A DNA stretch of 20,000 nt from Trichinella spiralis (lineage: Eukaryota): the NCBI RefSeq assembly GCF_000181795.1, contig NW_003526945.1, positions 5,547,994 through 5,567,993 on the forward strand, written 5' to 3'. Shown here one piece after another: positions 1 through 9,822 of the stretch. The position numbers and the translations under genes are program-made. Every line of letters begins with the position of its first letter. Position 1 is the stretch's first letter. The notes beneath the pieces were generated by a model. That model searched no databases. It saw only the letters and a list, made by a program, of their open reading frames with translations, and was not told the origin of the DNA.

Positions 1-235
1 AATATTAATTGTCAGTTGAATTTCATTATTATCTGCTTTTTATAAATAACCCTAACATTTCGGTTGTGAAAAAGGAACTTTTTTTGATGTACTGTTTTTA
101 ATTCATAATTTTGAAACCTTGTAACAATCTGTTTGTCATTCGATTTATTATACTTGATTGTTATTTACTGTAATATTATTACGGTATATTTGCTTTTTCG
201 ACCTGTTTTGCTTGGAAATTACTAATTAGACGGTT

Positions 236-2753
236 ATGGCTAGCCCAAGATCGCGTTCTATTTTGAAGAGTTTGCATGCTCAGAACAACAATAATGTAAT
301 GTTGAATCTTCATTTACTTTACTACACGATCGTTGAAAATTTTATTCGTTCACATGTTTTAGGCATGTTTTGAATGCGGCACGCACAATGCACAGTGGGC
401 CAGCGTTACGTACGGCATTTGGCTGTGCTTAGAATGTTCGGGAAAGCACAGAAGTCTCGGTGTTCATATCAGGTTAGCAGTTGTTATTTTATGAAAAATT
501 TCAGCTTGTTGCACTCATTTGTTTGTTTTTTCAAGTTAAAATTTTTTAATTTTTACCATCTAGCTTCGTCCGGTCTGTTAGTATGGACAAGTGGAAGGAA
601 ACTGAGCTACAGAAAATGAAAGTAGGCGGCAATGCGAATTGTTTGGCATTTTTGCGCAGCCAGCCAGATTATCAGCCGAATTGGTCTTTCAGAGAGAAAT
701 GGAATTCCAAAGCTGCTGCCTTTTACCGGGACAAGGTTATCGTTAATTTGATAATTTAATTGTTCTTTGAATAATGGTATTGTTTTCAGATTTCTGCGAT
801 GGCTGAAGGACGGGAATGGTCCATAGAAACTTCGTCCGCACAGAATTGGATACCAAGCGGTGCTGGCGGTGGTGGATACATGAAATCGTCGAAAAGCGTG
901 TCAACTTCGTCCAATATTGAAAAAGAGCTGACCTACGGAAGGTTAATTTACTAGAAGGAAGTGGGAAAAGTGAAGAGAAAATTTATTTCTTTTAATTTTT
1001 CACAACAGGGATGGCCAGTCTTATCATCAAGGAGATTGGCCAGGCGACAAAAGTAGGAAGTACACCGGATTCGGAAGCGGTGATTCATCAGACAGCCATC
1101 GAAGTGGTAAATCAAATGAAGTCTTGGAAAGCGCGCTAGAATCGTTGTCTATTGGATGGTCTACGCTTAGCAAAGGAGCTGCTCAAGCTGCAAATATAGC
1201 GAAGGAGAGCGTATGTTGTTGTTGTCGTTGTTGCATTCAGTTATGGATAAATAACTCGCACAATATTATGTAAACATCATTTTCGATCAACAACAATAAA
1301 GCGAAATATTTATTCATTTTATGTAAGTAAAATTATATTTTTTAGGCATTTAACGTAGGACATCAAGCTGGAACACGGGCTGCTACGCTTGCCAATCAAG
1401 TAATTATTTTTATTTAATTGTTTTCTCTTGTTTTTCACAAGTGTATATTTAAAAAAATCTTTTTTCTACAAACAGTTTTAATAAAAATTTTACTTTACAC
1501 GTGCAACCTTGAAAACTTCTATTGATTAGCTAGTTCATTTATTTTATATTTTGTAGTTGTTGTGAGAAATGAATGGATTCAGGTAGTGTGCAATTAGCTT
1601 ATCGGATTCTGAGTATGATTGTGAAATTTCTTTCTTTTCTATTTCTGATATCAAAATTGAATTTCATGCACTTATAATTCCATTATAGTAGTTACTTTTA
1701 TAAAAATATGATTTACTCGTTGGCTCTACTCATGTTTGTACAACGAAAGAAGAAAATTTGAATTAAACAATAAAAGCAGTTATAGAAATGTTTGATTGAT
1801 GCAGTTATTGGGAATGTTAAGAAATTTTTTGAAATATGAAAATGTGTAAAAAAATTAATTTTCCTTGCTATAGTTTGTTTGCTCGAATTTATTTTATTCG
1901 TGTCTTAAAGTTTTATACTGCTGAATTATATTCTTAGTTTAAAATAGTTTTTATTTATTTATTGATAGTTTTACGATATGAATTTAACATGTTGACATGT
2001 TTTCTATGTTTGTAATGTTGAAATAGGCGAACTAAACCTTTTGTATATTACAGAACACGAACATAAGTGTAGCATACTTTTTAAAGCTAAATTATATTTT
2101 ATTAATTTCCTTTTTTAGCTGAAAGATGGATATCTTCTGAATGATGTGCAGAATTCAGTTTCTAGTGCGGCGTCGAAGGTTCATTAAAGTTTAATCTTGT
2201 CTGTGGTTTAAAAAATGAATTATTATTATTTCTTTCTACAGATGGCAGATATGGGTTGGAAAGGTTGGCAGAGTTTTCAGTCTGTATTTTCGGATCGTCG
2301 TGGAGCTAACAGTTACATCAGCGTGGATGGTGTAGTGGGTAACGATGGCAGTGGTCGATATGGAGACGGAAGGCACAGTGATTTGGGTTTCCCGAGCAGC
2401 GGTTCCCAGTCACCTGAGAAGCAGAAGTCGGATAATTTTGGAGATTCTTTTGAATTTCAGTAACTCTTTTTTAAAATTTACATAATATAATATTGTTCTG
2501 TGGATTGTTTGTTAAAATGTGAAAAGTTGTTTTGCAATATAGTGATTGGCAATCTGCTCCGTTGAGTGATCATTCGAAAACAACCGTCAGTGGTAATGCT
2601 GCTCATTCGTATGCCTCAAAAGCGAATGCCATGCAGCCGGCTAAATCGTCGAAAGAAGTTGACTTGATTGATTTTGGTGTAGATGAAAGCAAAGGAAGTA
2701 ACACGAAATCCAGCAATTTGGACGATGCGATATGGGATATGTTATTCAAATGA
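236..2753 (+). CDS. ARFGAP1: ADP-ribosylation factor GTPase-activating protein 1, ~412 aa; exons 236-295, 363-472, 564-735, 790-941, 1009-1210, 1346-1399, 2119-2178, 2242-2459, 2543-2753
   Basis: Spliced translation [80 protein letters not shown] contains the CxxC-x16-CxxC-x4-R ArfGAP zinc finger and the ArfGAP1-type MASPR start. It also has KYTGFGS and ALPS-like segments ([26 protein letters not shown]). All introns are GT-AG and in phase; exon lengths sum to 1239 nt. Confidence 0.95.
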
Positions 2754-3001
2754 ACGGTCGAAAATGCTGTACAAGCGTATGTTTTAATTTCAATCAGAGA
2801 TACCACATGTCTATCAGATAAGATTATTTTTTCGATATTATTACAGCAAATGACAGCTTGTTTTATGTGCGAATTGTATTCATCATCGCTGATGATGGGT
2901 AATTTTAAAATTAATTTGTCGTGTATATATCAAACGGCCGGGAGGTTCGCACCGAGGTTGTAGATGACAGTGAAGATGTTGTTGTCTCTTGATGCCAGTG
3001 T

Positions 3002-5070
3002 TTAATCGGTTTCACTTTCCTGAAATTAAAACAATTTTTGAAAAATTATGATTCTTTAGAAGTTTTTTTTTCAAATTTTAATTTCACGCAACACTTACAG
3101 GATTGAGTTTTTTAAATTCTGCCAGTTGGCGGAAAACGTACTGTAGAACATGCTTGGCAGAGCGATTTTCAGCTGGTAAGTGTTTCACAATTCCAAGGCA
3201 TTCGGCGCAGTCGTTGATGAAATTTTCCAACTGATCTTCACTATCTGTATCGGTGAACAGAAATAAGTGTATTTTTTTTTCTTTCAGTAAAATAATAAAG
3301 GGAGACAGCAATGTTGAATGCATTTACATTTTTGACTGGCTTGCACTAGTCGATCTCTTTCTGTGGAAAATTCTTCCTGCAGATCGAACAGTTCCAAATC
3401 TGGCGGTCCGGGTACTCGAAATATAGCGGGAAAAACCTGAACAAATATACATATACATATAAATATGTGTATTAATAGTTGGAGAAATTGCCACTTACCG
3501 ACGGTTGCAACGGTGGCAGTGGTTGTTCAAAATGAGGCACAATAAGAGTCAGCGGTTCGTGTTTCACATCCAACTGAGCATAGGCCCTGCAAAAGATCGC
3601 CTCAGCCGAGATATAGTTAGTTTATTGGAAAAAGTACTTCAATATTCGAGTCCAAAGTGAGGAAGTGATCGAGTAGAGGCTCGATTCGAACAGTTTGTTG
3701 ATGCTTTTCACAGCTATATTCGTTTCAGCTTCTTGAAAGCAGCATTTCAATTGTTTCGATAGCGCCAAATGGTCTGGAACGTAGTGGTAGGGTGAAATCT
3801 GAAAATATCCGTTCAACTTGATATAACAGAATGTTCACTAATTCAATTTTGACAGCAGTTCACCTCGGCGTCTTCGACGCTTGATTTTTCCAAACTGAGC
3901 TCTTCGCTTGATAGAACGTTCAAGAGGGCAGTCTAGAAAGGGAAAAATGTATTTCTGCATAAAAAAGTAGAAAGAGATGCATGCACACATTTATATATAT
4001 ACCAGCAGCTTGCTGTTGTCTTCTTTGTCTAAATAAGAGTCTGAAAATATTTGCTGAGAGCCCAAAACGATCACTTTGCCATTGGATGATTTGGAATGAA
4101 ATATTGCACAGATGGGTCGATTCTGTGGATAGCAAATGAATCCACTAGAGAGTAACGGTGTGGCGATGTTTTCTTGTACTGTAAGCGTAGAACCGTACGG
4201 ATAAACGATTTTCAACAGTCTGTTTAAAATGATAAATTGCAAAACATTGACACTGATAAGTGACAATTACTGCTTTCGAATATTCTCATTGTCGGTTGTG
4301 ACAACCCCGGCTGCAGTTGTGACAATTTTATTCACCACGCCGTCACTAATGTACGCTTCTTTGGGGTGAAAGTATTTGTAAAATTGATTTCGAATAACTG
4401 AATCTGTACACAAATTATTAGAATGATTTCATTTTCTAAAAAATGAACCTCTTCAACGAATCAAAAAGTTACCATTGTTTATGATAATACCGTAATGTTC
4501 AGCGACTTGGTTTATTGAAATTTGACAGTCATCATCTGCATCACCACCGCTCGACAGTAGAAGCAAATTCTTGCCGTTGTTTATAAACTGATCGAATGCT
4601 TCTATCTGAATTTCAAATACTTTTCAATTGAACGAATACTTATTTCTGATTTCTTTTTGTTGTAATAATTAAAAATAGTTAGTTACCTCTTCTTTTGTAA
4701 ATTGTCTATTTGCATTTGCAATAATGTAAATATTTGCGTGTGCAATGCGGTCGTAAGCCACTTGTGCTTTGTAGCTGAAATTATTCTTTTTTTTATTTAA
4801 ATAACATACAAATTGATTTACTAATAATTCTATTATTATTATTATTATTATTACCAAGAAATTTATCATTTTACATGTGAATATAATATTATTTACTTGC
4901 ATTCATGAAATCCAATATTAGAGCTTTGTTTTCAAGTATAAAGTTTACCTCTTCATTTGCCAGTTCCTTTTAAGCCGTTCAATAAAATTTTTGTAACCTA
5001 TAGTTTGTGCGGAAAATTCTGGTCCACCGTGTTCGTCAAAAAGTATTACAGATCTCTGGTTTGCTGACAT
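3002..5070 (-). CDS. IFT52: Intraflagellar transport protein 52 (IFT-B; C. elegans osm-6), ~427 aa; exons 5070-4949, 4774-4687, 4605-4473, 4403-4271, 4219-4003, 3932-3864, 3798-3638, 3586-3499, 3436-3328, 3244-3099, 3019-3002
   Basis: Spliced translation has IFT52 hallmark motifs: YKYFHPKEAYISDGVVN, IVYPYGSTL, GFICYPQNRPI, FSDSYLDKEDNSK, LDVKHEPLTLIVPHFEQPLPPLQPSVFPAIFR, PDLELFDL, AKHVLQYVFRQLAEFKKLN. Introns are GT-AG and in phase; 1284 nt total; ends ...NPESETD*. Confidence 0.95.
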
Positions 5071-5073
5071 TGT

Positions 5074-5079
5074 CTGAAA
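5074..5079 (-). promoter_or_regulatory. TTTCAG splice acceptor 3 nt upstream of the IFT52 ATG (SL trans-splice site or end of a 5'UTR intron)
   Basis: Minus strand reads ttttttcaaTTTCAG-aca-ATG, a consensus nematode 3' splice site with no coding exon upstream. Confidence 0.6.
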
Positions 5080-6675
5080 TTGAAAAAATAATTTTTTTCT
5101 AATTGTAAATCAAATACAATCGCTTGGACAATGGTCAGCTACAGTTTGAAATGATGAGGGCAGCAAGCAAAGAGCGAACTTTAGTCAGAGGTAGTCACAT
5201 TGCAAGAAAAACGATAAAATTGTCATTAGTTTAATTTTTTAAACTTTAATATGTGATCACCATGCTTTTTGTATTTTCATGATTTAGATACTGCTGCAGG
5301 TGTATTTTACAAAATGATAATAATATCAGTTATGATGATCAGTGTAAATTCAAAAGAAAAACCATAAATAAATATTCAATTTAAACAACGCATATACCTT
5401 AATTGATTAATTAATTTTAATTTTTAAAAAATTACAAAAAATATACATTTTTTTAATTGAAAAACGTTAGTTTAAATGAAATGAATTTGAACTGCCTGAA
5501 ATTTGCATATGAAGAAGAAATCATTATGAATAAAGTTGGAAATGTTGTTCATTAAATTAAATATCACGCAAAATAATATGATACAGAAAGTATGTGAATT
5601 GATTTGTCATTTAGTGTTTAAATTTTCAGCCGCCAATATTTGTTTACATTGGCAGTATATTTTTGAAACGTGGTACAGTAAAAATTACAGTAGAACTTTG
5701 GTGAACTTTTTTACCACAAAGTTATTTTCAAAAAATAAATTTTAAATGCTCTCTATTTTATTATGTAAAACAGTAAAGAGATGAAAAAACTCCAAATAAA
5801 TGATAATGTAAAGCTTTTGTTAGTAATCAGATCAAATGATGATGATGCTCTGTTGTTTCATCTTGATCGTTTCATTCATGCATAACATGATTAATTTTCT
5901 TTAAAATTTAATATTATTAATAAATTTATCAATTAAACAAAATATATGTCAACATTTCAACAGCAACGTAACTAAAATGAAACTTTAATATGCTCATATG
6001 CAAATAAATATGTACAGTACTGAATGTACGTTATGATACATATTACGTTGATCATTTGAACAAATTGAACATCGCAGTTGAATAATGGCTTTTAAATTCG
6101 TTTGACTGATTGAATAAAGTCCTCGAAAGGCATTCTTGCTTATTTCCTAGCATTCTTCAACATTGCTAAAAATATTGATGAATTCAATTGTGCATTCAAA
6201 TTTACGCCGAGCAAGATGACCAAGTAAGATTTCATTGTTACTCTTTTCATTTTTTTGAAAAAAAGCATTCAATAATTAACAATATCTTCTTCTAATGTTG
6301 AATTGAAAAGCGAAATAACATTATTAGAGCATAAATTTATGTAAATTTAACACCACCTTATTTGAACAATGGATCTTTATTTGATAAATGTTGTGGAGTT
6401 GTAGTTCAAATGCTCAGTGTATATGAATAAAAATGAAATTGAATAACTTCCTCACTGCAGTTCTAATTGATCGAGTTGAACAGTTCAGAAAAAAAATGTA
6501 AAATACAGATAATCACGAGCAGCTTTACATTTTTTTTTGATGCAAATGAGCTGCGAGGTGTAATTTTTTGAATTTTGTATTGCAGGCAAGTGAAATTTTC
6601 CAAAAAGTCAGTAGCAGTTGTTCAATTCGGTTGAAAATGCTTTTCATATTGAAAAGTGAAACGATTATTGCAAGA

Positions 6676-6706
6676 AAGAGAGAGAGAGGAGGAGAGGGGG
6701 GAGGGG
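6676..6706. repeat. GA/G-rich polypurine tract
   Basis: aagagagagagaggaggagagggggagggg is seen directly. Confidence 0.7.
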
Positions 6707-7106
6707 AAATCAATAAATCCGTTGTTGTGCTCGCTTTTGGCGTCCGCTTCTAGGCGGAAAGCAGTGCAGGCTAAAATACTTTTACGCGTTATTGGCTGAA
6801 GCAAATTAGTAAAATGAGCTCATCTGTATTAATAAAAAGTGATGCATGAAATTGAATATAAATTTCAAGAAAAAACTTTAATATCGAAACACGAGAAATC
6901 GACAAGGCAAAATAAGGCACAGTACTTTAAAATTGTTCAGGTAAAATTTGCAAAATAGGAAAAAAGAAAAAATTTTTTCTTCTCACCGGATGTTTCAGAA
7001 ATTTGTTGCTAATTGTTTATTTGTTTGCGTTTTCTTTTATACGATTGTCGATGCTATTCCACGTTGCAGTTTCAGATTTTTGTCCTCATGTTGTACTTGG
7101 TATGTT

Positions 7107-7119
7107 GTTGCCAGGCAAC
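7107..7119. promoter_or_regulatory. RFX/DAF-19 X-box (GTTGCC-A-GGCAAC)
   Basis: Perfect inverted half-sites GTTGCC/GGCAAC with a 1-nt spacer match the RFX consensus GTNRCC(N0-3)RGYAAC. It lies ~2 kb upstream of the ciliary gene IFT52. Confidence 0.6.
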
Positions 7120-9594
7120 GAGAACGTCGATTTCGTGAATTTGTTCATCATCCCAAGCAATCATACCGATAAATTAATTTATAAAAACTAAAAATACAAG
7201 TGAAATAAATAAAATAAAATGAAATAAAACATGACAAAACAAAACAAAACAAAAAACATGTTTTTCAATAAAGCGAACCAAATTTATTGCGTGAGATTAA
7301 TTTAAAATGGCTACAGTAAGGTAAAAAATTGATTTTAACTTTTACTCAATTGGCAAATAGGACAAGCTCGTTTTAAATTCATTTTCTTTGAAAATTTTGT
7401 TTATATTATTTATTTTGTTTATTTTTTGCAATTGATTTTTATTTTAATTTTGAATGATCACTGAAATAATCATACTGATCTACAGGTTTTTTATATGTTT
7501 AGATTTATTAAATAATAATGAATATTTTCGTTTTCCATTTACAACTGTTCTCGATAATGAATATTTTACAAGTCAAACACACTGATTTGAATTGAATGGC
7601 AAATTTGATTTGTTCACATACTTGAAGCAAAACTGTTCACTTTTCTCATCGTCAAACTCATTAATAAATATTAATAAACAAACAATAAAAACAGAAATAA
7701 ATCATATTTTAATGAATATTTAATTGAAAATTTTTGTTTTAAATTTTTATAATATATAAAAGATTGTGCAAAAATAGATGCTGCATGGATGGAATTGTTG
7801 TTTGAATAAATAAAAAGGAAATAACAACTGATCAATATTTATGATTATTGTATGATAATTTTATCTTTATCATATCTTTTTCAAGAAAGAACAATAATAG
7901 CAATTCAAATTTTATTTAAAAAAACAGATAATTTTGCAGAAATTTATCATTTATTAACTTTTCAAATTTTGATTCTCTTCCGCAAATGGAAAGAGTTGGA
8001 GGAACTTTTACAGTGTCCGGCCGTTGTGATGTATTAAATTTTACAAATTAGCAAATTGATTTCCACGCATGTTTGAAGTGAATTAAAATAAATAAATAAA
8101 TATAGTAAAAATTTAAATGAACAAAAATGTTAAATGGAATATTTTGCAGTGTTTTGTTTTGAAATGAAAATTTTTTCAATGCTATTCAATTCAAGAGAAG
8201 GGGTATAGCAAAAGGCGAGCTTGTCGATTAAGCGTGAAACAAGTTGACGCTTGTTGACGGAAACTAGCTAACCGGTTAGCTGGATGCAGATATTATCAAT
8301 TTTTGAATTGCATTGTTCAACAACCGTTTGTTTTATACATAAGGAACCATGAAAAAATGCTGATACTGTTGTTGATGTTGTTTTTCAAATAATAATAATA
8401 ATAATAACAACCATATTTTACTTATTATTATTGTTTTAAAAAATAAAGTGAATAAATAAATTTTTCAAATTGTAGAAATGGAAAAGTAATAATAAATTAA
8501 TTCGTCGCCAACTGCGGATAACAGCACGCAAACAAATATGCGCATACGCACACATACATACGGCTGACGTTGTCCTCTGCTACGGGGCAGCTTTTAGTCG
8601 ACCAGTTGGGGTAAAAAAATCAATACAAACCGAGAAATGATAAAACACTGCAGCAGCTGCAGCTGCATGATTCATGTCCATTTTGAAAAACATCCCAAAA
8701 TTATCTATTGCTACCATCAGTGTTTTTTTCGCATATTTATGCATAATTTTATTTGTAAACTTTTCCCTTTATGGAATAATTGAAAACTTTAACATGCAAT
8801 TGTGGAACAGTATTTATTTGAAATGAGAACTCTTCAATTTGTATATAACTCAATATTTGCTTTTTTTTCTTTGTTTTCAATAAGAAATAAAAGAAGAAGG
8901 AACAATGAAAAACACGGAAATCAAATATAAAAACCTATTTATATTCAAATTTATATTGTCCAAATAAAATTATGCATATATACATATATTTAATTTGTTA
9001 TATTTGTATTGAAGTGTTCAAATATGAAGCGAATGACGACGACATCGTGCGCAATGGATGTTTCGCCTTGGCAAGCGAGCATTATAAAATTGTAACCGAT
9101 CGATATTTCCGATCACTTTCTCATCATCAAGCGAACGCCATTTTCAGTAATAATATTTTTCTTATTATTATTTTTATTTATTATTTAAGCAGCTTTCAAT
9201 GTATAACATATATTTATTTATTTATTTAATATGCGGATAATATTATCGTCGCCAATGTAGATTCCGGGTAAAATTCCGGCAGGTAGTTTTGTTGTGGTAA
9301 TATGATTTGTCCTGAACATGTTCCACAGATACGGAAATGTAACAATATTCTGAAAAATTGAAAGAATAAGAAAAAAAATGAAGGGAAAGTAGAATATCAG
9401 CAAAATGGAAACGCACTTTTCATGTCAGCATTTTATTAATATTCGTATTGGAAAAACAGAACAAAAAAAAATGTATATATATAAAGTAGAAGATGTAGAA
9501 GAAAACTGTTATTATTATTATTATTGTTGTTGGTCAATTTTTGGTCACATTCGTTGTTGTGTTTGACAGTGTTCGGCAGATGCAGGATCCGTCC

Positions 9595-9665
9595 CACGCT
9601 TGGCATTCACCGCGTGCCTTAATTCTCGAATAAAAGATCAAGACAGACAGTGAACACGAAGCGTG
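9595..9665 (-). ncRNA. mir-124: microRNA precursor mir-124; mature 3p UAAGGCACGCGGUGAAUGCCA(A) at 9621-9601(9600), star 5p CGUGUUCACUGUCUGUCUUGAU at 9658-9637
   Basis: The reverse complement of 9601-9621 is exactly the pan-bilaterian miR-124 mature sequence. The 5' arm begins CGUGUUCAC and ends CUUGAU, like known miR-124-5p. The basal stem is CACGCUU/AAGCGUG, extended by CCGUCU/GGACGG, and CNNC motifs (CUGC, CAUC) lie ~15-18 nt downstream. Confidence 0.97.
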
Positions 9666-9777
9666 TCGATAAGACGGCTTGGAGCATATAAGTTGAATGA
9701 ACACGGCTTCATCCGAAGAAAGAAACAGCTTCTCCACTTGCTTGCCTGTATATTCTGGCTTGGTTAAGCTGAATACT

Positions 9778-9822
9778 GACCAACCGACCTACCGACCAAC
9801 CGACCGACCGACCGACCGACCG
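9778..9822. repeat. Imperfect (GACC)n tetranucleotide microsatellite, ~11 units
   Basis: gaccaaccgacctaccgaccaaccgaccgaccgaccgaccgacc is seen directly, ~115 nt upstream (minus strand) of the mir-124 hairpin. Confidence 0.85.

Noticed and set aside
1595..1612. TAGCTTATCGGATT resembling the miR-21 5' end
   Set aside because: No pre-miRNA hairpin, miR-21 is vertebrate-restricted, and the match is short.
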